Shown here one piece after another: positions 40,038 through 50,391 of a DNA stretch of 64,000 nucleotides (within the stretch, counting starts at the first letter, position 1; each line of letters opens with the position of its first letter). The translations under genes and the position numbers were made by a program. The notes below the pieces were generated by a model that was not told the DNA's origin, ran no database searches, and saw only the letters and a list, made by a program, of their open reading frames with translations. This DNA comes from Coriobacteriales bacterium (GTDB lineage Bacteria > Actinomycetota > Coriobacteriia > Coriobacteriales > UBA8131), in NCBI GenBank assembly GCA_031288185.1, contig JAITRZ010000014.1, forward strand, positions 17,091-81,090, written 5' to 3'.

Positions 40038-40686
40038 GAGCGAAAGGCCGGGGATAACCCGCCGCAGCGCGGTTGTTGGAGCAGGAGCGGCTGCCGTTGT
40101 CCTAGGATTGGGCGGTTTCAGGTTTCTGCCCACAGAACCCACCTTGAGGCCACCGGGAGGACAGGCAACTGACCAGGTTGTTTCAGCCTGTATCCGTTGT
40201 GAGAAGTGCTATGAGATCTGTCCACGTGAAGTTATTGTGCCAAGCCACATCGAGGCGGGCATTTTGAACATGCGCACCCCTACACTTGACTTCTCCGGTG
40301 ATTATTGTGATTGGTGTGGAGAAGCCAACAACGGTGACCCTCTCTGTGATAAGGTCTGCCCCACTCTGGCCCTCAGATTGCCAGAGGGCGCTAGCGCCAA
40401 AAACACCATCATCGGCGTTGCTGAACTCTATACAACCTGGTGTCTGGCCTACAAGCTGATTGGTTGCCGTTTTTGTTACGATGCCTGTCCCTATGAGGCC
40501 ATGGAGCTTGACGGGAATAATCGCCCTTATGTGCTTAACGATAGATGCAACGGCTGTGGCGCCTGCGAAAGCGTTTGCGTTTCGCTGCAAAGCGGTTCTA
40601 TCGCAGAAGGCGCCGATGAGCGCGCGATCATTGTTCGGCCGCTGAGGCAGGATGGCAGCGTCCTGTATCGCTGGAAACCGTCTTAG
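40030..40686 (+). CDS. NapG/MauM-like Tat-exported ferredoxin
   Basis: TRRS Tat-like motif, LRPPG, CIRCEKCYEICP, CDKVCPT, CRFCYDACP, CNGCGACESVC. Confidence 0.87.
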   Translation: MGESERPGITRRSAVVGAGAAAVVLGLGGFRFLPTEPTLRPPGGQATDQVVSACIRCEKCYEICPREVIVPSHIEAGILNMRTPTLDFSGDYCDWCGEANNGDPLCDKVCPTLALRLPEGASAKNTIIGVAELYTTWCLAYKLIGCRFCYDACPYEAMELDGNNRPYVLNDRCNGCGACESVCVSLQSGSIAEGADERAIIVRPLRQDGSVLYRWKPS

Positions 40687-40706
40687 GACTGGGAAGAGGA
40701 AAGCCC

Positions 40707-41762
40707 ATGAGAATTGCGAGCTTGCGTGTTCTGGTTGCTCTGGCCGTCATTGCTTTAATCACCATCGGCTTTGTAACAAATATCGGCATCGGTACGCTCT
40801 CGTCCTTTGGCTGGAGCGATATTTCTATTCTTTGCCCGCTGGGCGCTCTGACAACGATGCTAGGTGCCAAGATTCTTGTGCCACGTGCACTGATCGCCCT
40901 GGTCATCGTCGTTATATTGATTGTGCTTGTGGGCAGAGCTTTTTGTTCTTGGGTTTGTCCCGTACCGCTGCTGCAAAAGCTGCGCGCGGTGTTTCGTAAG
41001 GACAGCAAGCTCACCACACCTGATGAAGAATCAACTGTAGGGACAGGTGATACTGATACAACTGCCACCTGCAGGTCTGCCGCTTCCCTCAAGACGCAGT
41101 CTACCGCCCCTCCCAGGGTAGCGGGTAAGGCAGAAAAGGCCAGCCTGTGTCACTCAAATGGCGATGCCTCAAACTGCTCTAGCTGCGCTCAAAAGCGTGG
41201 CACCCTTGATCCTCGGCATTTTGTGCTTGGCGGCTCCTTGCTTTCGGCTGCCCTTTTTGGCTTTCCGGTGTTTTGCCTTATCTGCCCCATCGGCTTAAGT
41301 TTTGCCGCTATTTTGCTGGTGGTTCGGCTGTTTAGCGAAGGTGATCTAACATGGTCAATTGTTATTGTGCTGCTGCTTCTAACGGTCGAAGTGCTAATCT
41401 TTCGTAAGTGGTGTTCACAGATTTGCCCACTTTCTGCCTTCATGTCACTCCTGGCCAAGGTCAACCGGACGTTTCGGCCCGCCATCAACAAAGCCACCTG
41501 CCTTGAGACCGCCAAAGGTATTGATTGTGGACTGTGCGCAAAGGCCTGTCCCGAGGACATTGACCCGCGCCATCCCAAGCGTTCCTACGCGCCCATGAGT
41601 GAATGTACAAAGTGCCTGGAGTGCGCAAAGGCCTGTCCAACTAAAGCGTTGCGCCTGCCCTTTTTGCCTGGGTCGCGCGCAAACGGAGCTGGTTCGGACG
41701 ACAGTGGAGGTTTGGGCGGCAGCGGTGGCCCCAACACATCTGAACAGGAAAGGGCCGCATGA
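40707..41762 (+). CDS. NapH/MauN-like membrane 4Fe-4S protein
   Basis: TM helices, GRAFCSWVCP, WCSQICP, CGLCAKACP, CTKCLECAKACP. Confidence 0.87.
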   Translation: MRIASLRVLVALAVIALITIGFVTNIGIGTLSSFGWSDISILCPLGALTTMLGAKILVPRALIALVIVVILIVLVGRAFCSWVCPVPLLQKLRAVFRKDSKLTTPDEESTVGTGDTDTTATCRSAASLKTQSTAPPRVAGKAEKASLCHSNGDASNCSSCAQKRGTLDPRHFVLGGSLLSAALFGFPVFCLICPIGLSFAAILLVVRLFSEGDLTWSIVIVLLLLTVEVLIFRKWCSQICPLSAFMSLLAKVNRTFRPAINKATCLETAKGIDCGLCAKACPEDIDPRHPKRSYAPMSECTKCLECAKACPTKALRLPFLPGSRANGAGSDDSGGLGGSGGPNTSEQERAA

Positions 41763-43924
41763 GTTCTCAGGTGATGATGGTTGATGGGGAAGCGCTTCCC
41801 ATGGTTGAGACGTACAGGATAGTCGCAGTTGACCCCAGACGCTTCACCACTCCTGAAGCGCGGTGTATCCTTGGGGGTGCTGGCACGGGCAAGACCGAAC
41901 ACCTCTTAAAAAGAATTTCCGCATTACTTGCGGCGGGCGCCAAACCTGGCGAACTGTTGGTGCTGTGTGCCACCCCTTCTGCTGCTATAGACTTTAGGGA
42001 GCGGCTGGCGCTCCGGATTGAAAATATCGCTTATGAGATAAGTATAATAACGCCTCGCGCGCTGGCCCTTGAGATTCTTTCAACAGAGATGGCCAGGGCA
42101 TATACCAGACGTCCCGCTCGGCTCCTCGCGTCCTTTGAAGTTAATTTTCTGCTGGAGGATATGAAGACGGTGGGCACGCGACCAGGCCGGCTTAGAGAGA
42201 TACTGAAGTTTTTTTATCGAGGCTGGACAGAACTGGCTGAGGACGATCCTGAATGGCTTATCATGGCTGAAGAGGTGCACCTGCATCGTCTGCTGCTTGA
42301 AAACCTCACCTTTATGCAGGCAATGCTTGAGCCGGAACTCTCCAAGCTGGCACTTGGTTTTTTGCGTGGCAATGATGAAGCGTGCCAACAGACCGCGCCT
42401 GCTCATATTTTTGTAGACGATTATGGCTTTTTGAGCAGGGCTTCACAACTGCTGGCGCAGTTTCTGGCGGTTCAATCAATCACGGTGGCCGCAGACCCCT
42501 TTGTCAATTACCCTGTATTTGATTCCTATCCCTATCTGGACGGTGTGCAAGAGTTCATGAGCATCAATTCAGCGGCTAACCGCACGGTACTAAGTGCCAG
42601 CTGGCGAAGCGCCGCCGTGACTGCCGCTCTGGGCGACCTCTTCTCTGACCAGGCTCTTGCATCAAACGGCTCCGCACAAACTGAAGCCGCAGGAGATATT
42701 TCAGCCCCAGGGTTGGCAGCGCACGGAAAGGAGCATGTCGAAAGAACTGGAGGCGTGGGAGATATTTCAGGACTGCCACTGCCTGAAGTGTGTCCTGGTG
42801 CACCAAGCGGGCAGGTGGATGAAGGGACGGTAACCAGCGTAGCGTTCAGCGGCCCTGCTGAGGAGTTTGAGGGGGTGGCGACCAAGGTCGAGATGTTGCT
42901 TGCCTCCGGACTGCGGCCCAGGGACATCGGCATTGTCTCTCTGCATGAGCTTTGGGGAAAGCAGGTGGCCGCTCACCTTATGAGCCGTGGTATCCAGGCC
43001 GCCACCCTTTTTGGCGACAATCAGTTGAGAGGTGATATACGTGACTTGAGCCGTTCCTTTGCGTTGCGTGTCTATACGGCCCTGCGCCTGACGGCAAATC
43101 CCGCAGACAGTGCGTCCTGGCGTTGTTGGTGCGGATTTGGGGACTACCTCACAAACAGCGCGGCCCTGCTAGAACTAAAATCAAGGCAGCCAGGCCCCAG
43201 CCACAAGGTTCAGAGTCCTGCCTGCACAACCCCTGCTGTCCCACCTGAGCCTGTGTCACTCTTGGCCGCTTTGGCTACTAAGGGCCAACATCTGCCCGAC
43301 ACTGAGGACGACATTCTTTTTGAGGATCCGACAGAAACCAGTGAACCCATTTTGGGTAAAGTGCTTGTCCAGTGGCAAAAAGGCCAGAATATCATTGCTC
43401 ATTGCGCGGATCTCAGAGGTCAAGAGCTGCTAAACAAAATTATGCATCTAGTAGCAAGCGATACGCCTAACCCTTCCTTACTTCCCCCGGCTCTCTTTTC
43501 CTTGGTTCCTGAGTGCGCTTCAGCTGTTGAATTGGCGCGTTTGCTGGAAGAACGCCTGCTTTTTCCCCATTTTGATGTCCCGTGTGACCAGGTGCGTGTT
43601 CTTGTCCCCTCACAACTTTGTGGCCTGCACTTCAAGGCGGTAATTGTTTGCGGCGCAGCCAACGGCTTTTTGCCCTGCCGTGACTATTTTGACGGCACCA
43701 TCGTGTCTCTTGATCAGCGAGAGCGCATGCGCGCCCGCGATCTCAGGCTGTTTTACCTGATAGTGGGCACACCTCTCCAGGACTTGATATTTACCTGGTT
43801 TAGAAAAATAGACCTTGAGAGCGCTGAACGCTTGAAGTTGAAAATAGCGCGTATTCGCCTGGAAAAGGGCCAGCGCGTCTGTTTAATGACCCCCAGCCAG
43901 CTCCTTGAGCTCATTCACCGCTGA
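41759..43924 (+). CDS. UvrD/REP-like SF1 helicase-domain protein with degenerate catalytic motifs
   Basis: GGAGTGKT Walker A; IFVDDYGF, SWRS, GLHFKAVIV and RLFYL are recognisable but altered motifs II, IV, V and VI. Confidence 0.75.
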   Translation: MSSQVMMVDGEALPMVETYRIVAVDPRRFTTPEARCILGGAGTGKTEHLLKRISALLAAGAKPGELLVLCATPSAAIDFRERLALRIENIAYEISIITPRALALEILSTEMARAYTRRPARLLASFEVNFLLEDMKTVGTRPGRLREILKFFYRGWTELAEDDPEWLIMAEEVHLHRLLLENLTFMQAMLEPELSKLALGFLRGNDEACQQTAPAHIFVDDYGFLSRASQLLAQFLAVQSITVAADPFVNYPVFDSYPYLDGVQEFMSINSAANRTVLSASWRSAAVTAALGDLFSDQALASNGSAQTEAAGDISAPGLAAHGKEHVERTGGVGDISGLPLPEVCPGAPSGQVDEGTVTSVAFSGPAEEFEGVATKVEMLLASGLRPRDIGIVSLHELWGKQVAAHLMSRGIQAATLFGDNQLRGDIRDLSRSFALRVYTALRLTANPADSASWRCWCGFGDYLTNSAALLELKSRQPGPSHKVQSPACTTPAVPPEPVSLLAALATKGQHLPDTEDDILFEDPTETSEPILGKVLVQWQKGQNIIAHCADLRGQELLNKIMHLVASDTPNPSLLPPALFSLVPECASAVELARLLEERLLFPHFDVPCDQVRVLVPSQLCGLHFKAVIVCGAANGFLPCRDYFDGTIVSLDQRERMRARDLRLFYLIVGTPLQDLIFTWFRKIDLESAERLKLKIARIRLEKGQRVCLMTPSQLLELIHR

Positions 43925-44657
43925 AGGGAGGGTCAGGAACAGACCTGCCATCATGGTGTTCATCGTCTGACGCTTCTATCCATTCCGATAAAATATCAAA
44001 ATCTGTAGCAATAAATCCCGCGCTCAGGAACGCGAGGGCCCGGTAAAAATCCGTCTTTGCGAATTTGTGCATTTCAGCAAAGAGCATCGGTGTCCAGTTT
44101 GCAAGGTGGTCATTTAGAAAACCGTACTGTACCGCAAGCAATCTGGCGGCCTCGTCTTCGCGCTGTTTCTGTCGTGCAACCAGCATTCGTTCACCTATAA
44201 CCTGCATAAACTCCAGCTCCAGGGATATATGGTCTTCTCCCACCTTCCAGCTGGAACGAGTGATAATGTCATTGGCGCGATAGAGCGCCAGTATTTCATC
44301 CCTGGCATCCTGCATCAGCAGGCGCTTACTGGATGTGTGTACGCTTTCAAACGGATAGGCGGCTGAATAGGCATTTACCCCATTACCCAGAAAGACCCTG
44401 GTGTAATCAATTGCCAGCTCGGTAAGCGTTCTTTCCCAGGCGTTGCTTAGGTAGGTATGAAAGAGGCGATAACCCGCATCCATATCCGCGTTGCCCGTAT
44501 TCACCGGAAACCGCATTGCGCGCATCTCGGAGAGTAATGGTTCGTCTACCTCCTTACGATACAGGCGTGTCAACAGGGCATAGGTGGCAATTCGCCCTTC
44601 TAACAGAGTCAGGACATCGGAATCTGACATTACGTTTGCGCATTCTAGCTCGCTCAT
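43911..44657 (-). CDS. TorD/DmsD-family chaperone (paralog of 39219-40037)
   Basis: LAIDYTRVF, AAYPFESVH, KRLLMQDARDE, EDHISLELEFM. Confidence 0.9.
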   Translation of the reverse strand: MSELECANVMSDSDVLTLLEGRIATYALLTRLYRKEVDEPLLSEMRAMRFPVNTGNADMDAGYRLFHTYLSNAWERTLTELAIDYTRVFLGNGVNAYSAAYPFESVHTSSKRLLMQDARDEILALYRANDIITRSSWKVGEDHISLELEFMQVIGERMLVARQKQREDEAARLLAVQYGFLNDHLANWTPMLFAEMHKFAKTDFYRALAFLSAGFIATDFDILSEWIEASDDEHHDGRSVPDPPFSGE

Positions 44658-45460
44658 TGTTCTGCCTCTCCTTCCGATAGCGCACATTCAACCAACACCT
44701 TGAGGCCGATATCGGTTGTTTTCCACAACGGCATCCACGCGAGAGCATCATATTCATTGAGGCGATCGATGAAATACCCGCTGTAGCGGCGAGGCTGCTG
44801 CAAGAGGGGGTCGTCATCAACCAACACGTTAAGTTCAATCTTGCTGCGCGGCTCATCAGCACAAAACTCAAGGATGCGCCTATATATCTCCAGGTACTCG
44901 TTATCCTGTCCTAAGATTGTTTTCAGGTTAGAAAGGGGGTCAAGTGCATCATAGAGAACCAGTGCCTCCGGTGTTGACAGCCAATTGCCCTGAGCGGACG
45001 TTTGAACCACCAGATATTCTGTCTCTGAGCCATCCTGCTGTGTCAGCGGCTCAACGGCCACGGTTTCTTCATTGGCTTGTTCATCCTGTTGATATATCAG
45101 CGCCCCGGCTTCTTCCAGTAACTGCCGCAGCATAACCGGTGTGTAGACCGAGCGATTTGTTTTTTGCATCGCTTGGGTAAACTCGTCCACCTCCTGGGGG
45201 CTGCGTGCGCTTCGGCAAAAATCGATAAGGGCAAGTAGGATTTTTTTCTGTGCTGGCAGGCTGGACAAAAGATCGTTAATGCGCTGCTCAGAAGAACGCC
45301 CAGGTTCATCACCACATTCTGCCTCTAACCGCTTTTGGCTGCCGACCAGCCCGATGAACTCAATGTCCTGATCCTCTTCATCCAACTTTGCGACACCCGC
45401 GTCGTCCAGGGGGTCATAATCCAGTTCGCAGGTAAAACCGTGGTCATCCTGATACACCAA
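44654..45460 (-). CDS. Hypothetical protein (paralog of 38245-39222)
   Basis: SEQRINDLL, IYRRILEFC, VDDDPLLQQPRRYSGYFIDRL; GTG start after GGAGG; overlaps the torD start. Confidence 0.75.
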   Translation of the reverse strand: MVYQDDHGFTCELDYDPLDDAGVAKLDEEDQDIEFIGLVGSQKRLEAECGDEPGRSSEQRINDLLSSLPAQKKILLALIDFCRSARSPQEVDEFTQAMQKTNRSVYTPVMLRQLLEEAGALIYQQDEQANEETVAVEPLTQQDGSETEYLVVQTSAQGNWLSTPEALVLYDALDPLSNLKTILGQDNEYLEIYRRILEFCADEPRSKIELNVLVDDDPLLQQPRRYSGYFIDRLNEYDALAWMPLWKTTDIGLKVLVECALSEGEAEQ

Positions 45461-45649
45461 ACGCCTCCGTATCTCTCCTCTTGCTCACGTCTGTTTTTCT
45501 GGTGAGTGGGCTGGTGAATGGGCACATTTACCCTGGTTGTTAAGCCTGAGTGCAGCCTCCCGTCTGTTTTGCCTGTTTTCCTCGTGCTGGTTTGGGAAAG
45601 AACCGTGTATCTCTGTCAATAGGCTCCGTTGTCAGCAGAAGGCGTATTG

Positions 45650-46522
45650 TTAGTAGAAGGCGTAAACACTGATGCCCAGGATATACAGCGCGGCCCTGAA
45701 GGCTATCCCACCTGCCAGAGCGCAGATCAGCGCGGCGCCAGCAAAGCCTGAGTTAGCCACCGATTTATTCCAGAACAAAAATCCCAAAACAGCGGCAATG
45801 ACACCACCCATTATCAGCGCTCCCCAGAAATAAGCAGCTAGTTCACCTACCAGCAGGTTGCTTCCCAGGTCGGTAGGGGCAACCATCGGTTTGGTGGGCT
45901 CGGTGGGGTCAAAGTAATTGCCAACCATCGGCAGTGACAAACTGCCAACATACGCCGCATAGGCGACAAGAGACACTGCAACCAAGGCTCCACCAACGGC
46001 CGTAAAGCGCGCTCCTAGCTGGAGCGAGTCCTCGGTTTTGGTAAGAGCCGCAATTAACCACAGGGCTGACGCGCCGGCCACCACCATCTGCGCCAGATAG
46101 AACAGGTGCAACAGGACGGTTGACCACACGGGACGTGCGGCCATCATATAGGAATTTGCCATGACCAAGACCAATACCACTCCACCAACCACGGCAAGCG
46201 CTCCCATCCATTTGGGAATCTCACCTCTGCGGGCAAAGGCAAAGTAGATGATAATAAGGACAAACATCACCGCAACAGCGATCAATTCCTGGGTTATCCC
46301 TGAGCTCAAGTGACCAAAGCCATTGAAACTCCGCTCCCAATGTTGCAGATGCGTAAATGAAGCAATGCCGCCAATAAGCAAGGCAACCAACGCCACCATC
46401 AGGCTTGGCATTTGCAGTTTAGCTCCCTTGCCAAGCAAAACCAGCAGGCCCTGTCCGGCAAACACGCCAGCACTCAGGCAGACAAATAAGGTAAAGAGCA
46501 CCAAAGACCACTGTATCTCCAT
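45650..46522 (-). CDS. DmsC-like membrane anchor subunit
   Basis: MEIQWSLVLFTL, ASFTHLQHWER, SGITQE; about 8 TM helices. Confidence 0.9.
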   Translation of the reverse strand: MEIQWSLVLFTLFVCLSAGVFAGQGLLVLLGKGAKLQMPSLMVALVALLIGGIASFTHLQHWERSFNGFGHLSSGITQELIAVAVMFVLIIIYFAFARRGEIPKWMGALAVVGGVVLVLVMANSYMMAARPVWSTVLLHLFYLAQMVVAGASALWLIAALTKTEDSLQLGARFTAVGGALVAVSLVAYAAYVGSLSLPMVGNYFDPTEPTKPMVAPTDLGSNLLVGELAAYFWGALIMGGVIAAVLGFLFWNKSVANSGFAGAALICALAGGIAFRAALYILGISVYAFY

Positions 46523-46525
46523 CTC

Positions 46526-47110
46526 TTATCCCTTCCATTTCATAGTTCTAAGGATGTATTTGAAGGTTGGCTTATTGCCTACATCAGGCAGTGAATAAAC
46601 CTTGCCGGAATCCTCAGCCGCCAGTATCTTGGATACCTCAGAGCTGGCATCCTCCAGGTCGCCAAAGTAGCGAGCACGGCCGCCGCATTGGGTAACACAC
46701 TGGGGTGTACCGCCGTCAGCGATGAGTTGTTCGCAAAGAGTACATTTCTCAACAACCCGCTCGTCCTCATTAAGATAACGCACATTGTAGGGACAGGCCA
46801 TCACACAAAACTGACAGCCGATACACTTCTGCTTGTCGATCTGCACCGTTCCATCTATGAGTTTCTGCGAAGCGCCGGTGGGGCAGACCTCAACACATTG
46901 GGGCTTTTCGCAGTGTTGGCACTGAACTGTCAGATAATAAAGCTCAACATCCGGCCAGTTATCCCCTTCCTTTTTTGGGTTGGGGCCAACACGCAGGGTC
47001 TTGTTCCAAAACTGTCCTATCGGCACCGAGTTGACCATTTTGCAGGCAACCGAACAGGCCAGGCAGCCAACACAACGATCCAAGTCAGTAACAATCGCAT
47101 ACTTAGTCAT
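46526..47110 (-). CDS. DmsB-like 4Fe-4S subunit
   Basis: CVGCLACSVAC, CQHCEKPQCVEVCP, CIGCQFCVMACP, CTLC. Confidence 0.93.
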   Translation of the reverse strand: MTKYAIVTDLDRCVGCLACSVACKMVNSVPIGQFWNKTLRVGPNPKKEGDNWPDVELYYLTVQCQHCEKPQCVEVCPTGASQKLIDGTVQIDKQKCIGCQFCVMACPYNVRYLNEDERVVEKCTLCEQLIADGGTPQCVTQCGGRARYFGDLEDASSEVSKILAAEDSGKVYSLPDVGNKPTFKYILRTMKWKG

Positions 47111-47112
47111 AC

Positions 47113-50022
47113 TTATTTCCTTCCCTCATAGACCGGCTGCCATTCTTTAAGGCGGGGATCGGTTGCCGAGGCGATGATCGGTGTGCCATCTTGGCCGGTT
47201 GGCACTACAACGCCGCCCGGACAGTTGGCCGGCGTGGCTTTGTAGATGGTGCCCAGATAGGCGCGCAGGTTTGTAGCGCCACATATGGGGCACTGCGCAT
47301 ACCTGTCATTGACGCAGTTAATACTGGACAGCCTAAAGCCGTGCCCCGACTCATTGAGCTCTGGATACCACCATTGGTGTTCGCAATTTATGGTACCTTT
47401 TTTGATACCGTAGTACAGATCGGCAACCTGGCGAACCTTGCCCCATTCAGTTTCAATCCACACCCAGTCACCCTGTTCAATACCCAGTTCAGCGGCATCC
47501 TCTGGGTTGATTTCGCACCGAGGCGTCGGCCACAGTTCACGACACCAGGGCAGCTGGCGATGCTCAGAGTGAAAATAAACGGGAATGCGCCGGCCCGTTG
47601 TAACAATAAAGGGGTATTCCTTGAAGCGTTCGGGATCGCTGATGGGGGAGTGCGGTGGTTCATCATAGGTGGGCAGTTCAAATCCCCGTCCCGGCATCAG
47701 AGACTCGACGATGGTCGACCAGAACTCATATTTTTTTGTTGGGGTATTCCATCCCGGCGTAGGTGGTACGGGCGGCCCACCCATCATGCCCGCTGAACCT
47801 CCCAGGATATAGCCGGTCTCGTAACGGCGGTAGGTGCCCCACCGGTCTGGTTCCATGACCTTGGCGTCCCACCAACCATCGCGTTGAAATGCCTCGGCAT
47901 ACTGATTCCAGGACATTCCACTGCCCATCACAGCGTTGTTGAGAATAAACTGCTCTCCTGGTTCCCAATCTTCAGGAAGATTGCCAGGCCAGGGATCCTC
48001 AGGGTTGGGACTATAGAAGATTCCCAGGGCCTTGGCCACTCCCATGATTATCAGCGGATCCCAGAGGGTATCTGCCGGTGGCTGCACACAGCGCACGTTA
48101 GCACCGTAGGCTCCTGACGATCCCTGAGACACGCGCGAACAGTTAATTTCCAGCCAGTGCCAGGCGGGCAGCAGGAGATCAGCATAGTCGCTTGAGGGGG
48201 CGTGCCAGAGATTGCATTCTATGATAAAGTCAAGTTTGACCAGCTGATCCCAGGCGTTGTTCGCGTTGGTCATGTTCATGAAGTCGCCCGACATGTTCAC
48301 GCCGCCCTTGACAGGATAGGGTTTGCCGGTCTCCATCGCGTCATAGAGTGTGTTGCCATCTGACCAGCCACCCCACCAGCGGTTGACCGGGAATTCATCA
48401 TCGCCGATCTCTTTGGAGCTGTCAGGGAAGTAACCTTGCATCATGGCACCGGGAATCATGAAAGCAAAGGGGGTAAAGCCGCCGTCCACAGGGGCCATGG
48501 TTGGGCCTCGCTGGCCAGCCGGCGTGTCATAGTTACCGGTAAGCGCCGCGATGGCATCAATAGCTCGGCAGTTTTGAACTGCCGTGCCTGCGTGCTCTAC
48601 AGCCAGCATATACTGAATGCCGCCATTGCCATAACCAGACGCAGGATCGATACGCGTGGCGTAGGTCTTGGCTGCTGCCTCCAGTTGGTCGGCGGGGACA
48701 CCCGTTATCTCAGCGGCCCTTTCAGGGGTGTAGTCGCGGCAGACCTCGGCATATATATCCAAGACTGGACGTACTTTTACCGTTGTACCGTCCTTAAGCG
48801 TAACGTCATATTCACCATAGATGGCAGGGTCTATCTCTGGATTGAAAGGCGTGGGGTCAGGAACAAATCCCTGAACTACACCAGGCATCAGATGAGGCTG
48901 ACGCGCCTCATGGCCCTTGGTGGGAGGCGAGAAGGGCGGCTCGTTTTCCCAAAGACCGGTAGTGGAGTCAAAATAGGTAAGCCCGTTTGCGATACTGTCC
49001 CAAACCATGAAGCGCGTAGGATCGCCGCCTTCAATCAGGTCTGATTCCTTAAGAAGGCGTGTTTTCAGTTCCCAGGGACGTCCCGGACCGTACAGTTGAG
49101 TGCTGCTAAGGCTTGGCCCTGTGGGAAGAACCAAGAAGGAAGCGTTGGTCCACCGCTTCACAAACAGTGCGTCAATCAGGTCGTTTTCCAGTATGACGTT
49201 AGTCCAGCAGAGCGCGACAGCGGCATCGGTGCCCGGACGCAGATTCATCCAGTAATCTGCGTTGCGGCCGATGCCAGCCATGCGTGGGTCAACTACGATA
49301 TGAGAATCAGCCACAACAGCGCAGTCAACCGTAGTGCGGCAGGAGTCATCATAGTTTGATATTTCCGATGCCCCACCCCACTGCACAAAAACACGGGGAC
49401 GGTCAACAGTCGCCATCCAGCTAAAGGCCCTGTTGGAGACCAGACGTGTCGCGTAGTGGCGGGGACCCTTGCACACCTGGTAAGCCTGGATGGTGTTGGG
49501 CGTTTGCAGTATCTGTGGCCAGGCCATTAACCCACCCATCGACCAAACACGGCTTGTCCCTACCATAGAATAAAACGTTTCGCCCCCGTACTTGTCTTTA
49601 AGTTCCTGTATCTTTTCCGCCGCTAATGCAAAGGCCTCATCCCACGTGATGCGTACCCAGCCGGGATCGGGCGCGTTTTTGGGATTAGTGCGCTTCATGG
49701 GATACATCAGGCGGTCAGGATGGTAACAGGCTTGGACTGATGCTTGTGATTTTGAACAGCAGTTTGCATCACTCTGGAAGGCGTCCGGATCTCCCTCGAT
49801 CTTAATGGCGCGACCGTTGCGCACTGTCACTAAAACCCCACATTCCATTTTGCCGCAGCCTCTGCAGGTGGTACGCACCACCTTGACCTCATCTGGTGTT
49901 GATGAGGCATTCTCATCAACGGCAAGCGCTCTGTCCATGACAGCGGACGTTAGAGCGGTTGCCGCGCTGAGCGCCGCAGCAGTTTTTACGAAACTGCGCC
50001 GTGTCATAGTTGGCATCTTCAT
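47113..50022 (-). CDS. Tat-exported molybdoenzyme, dopamine/catechol dehydroxylase (Dadh)-like catalytic subunit
   Basis: TRRSFVK; CRGCGKMECGV...NCCSKSQ; GTSRVW; VCKGPRH; WGGASEISNYDDSCR; TTGRRIPVYFHSEHRQLPWCRE. These motifs are recalled from Eggerthella Dadh-type enzymes. Confidence 0.9.
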   Translation of the reverse strand: MKMPTMTRRSFVKTAAALSAATALTSAVMDRALAVDENASSTPDEVKVVRTTCRGCGKMECGVLVTVRNGRAIKIEGDPDAFQSDANCCSKSQASVQACYHPDRLMYPMKRTNPKNAPDPGWVRITWDEAFALAAEKIQELKDKYGGETFYSMVGTSRVWSMGGLMAWPQILQTPNTIQAYQVCKGPRHYATRLVSNRAFSWMATVDRPRVFVQWGGASEISNYDDSCRTTVDCAVVADSHIVVDPRMAGIGRNADYWMNLRPGTDAAVALCWTNVILENDLIDALFVKRWTNASFLVLPTGPSLSSTQLYGPGRPWELKTRLLKESDLIEGGDPTRFMVWDSIANGLTYFDSTTGLWENEPPFSPPTKGHEARQPHLMPGVVQGFVPDPTPFNPEIDPAIYGEYDVTLKDGTTVKVRPVLDIYAEVCRDYTPERAAEITGVPADQLEAAAKTYATRIDPASGYGNGGIQYMLAVEHAGTAVQNCRAIDAIAALTGNYDTPAGQRGPTMAPVDGGFTPFAFMIPGAMMQGYFPDSSKEIGDDEFPVNRWWGGWSDGNTLYDAMETGKPYPVKGGVNMSGDFMNMTNANNAWDQLVKLDFIIECNLWHAPSSDYADLLLPAWHWLEINCSRVSQGSSGAYGANVRCVQPPADTLWDPLIIMGVAKALGIFYSPNPEDPWPGNLPEDWEPGEQFILNNAVMGSGMSWNQYAEAFQRDGWWDAKVMEPDRWGTYRRYETGYILGGSAGMMGGPPVPPTPGWNTPTKKYEFWSTIVESLMPGRGFELPTYDEPPHSPISDPERFKEYPFIVTTGRRIPVYFHSEHRQLPWCRELWPTPRCEINPEDAAELGIEQGDWVWIETEWGKVRQVADLYYGIKKGTINCEHQWWYPELNESGHGFRLSSINCVNDRYAQCPICGATNLRAYLGTIYKATPANCPGGVVVPTGQDGTPIIASATDPRLKEWQPVYEGRK

Positions 50023-50391
50023 AAACTCCTCCTGTTGGATTGATGGCCCTGCGCGCTGGCACGCACGAAGGTGATGTAAGAGGGGATTCCCGCTGAAGGT
50101 GTTGATGGTTCTGCGCGCTGACGCGCACGAAGGTAATGACCTCAAAACCCTCAAAAGAGTGGGGAAGCACTCCTACCTTTCTACTCCCTCCCTCCGTACG
50201 GCCGCTGCTTTTTCAAGTATAGAGAGGTAGGAGGTATGCTTGGATCAGTAAAAACAACCGTAAAACGTCCCAGCCCGTCATAAATGCTTTATGATTTCTC
50301 ATTCGTATGGAGCAGCGCGAGGCAAGAAGCGGTATCCTTGTTAGGTAAAGAGGATGCGCGTTGTAAGATGGCATGCTGATAGAGGAGTCCC

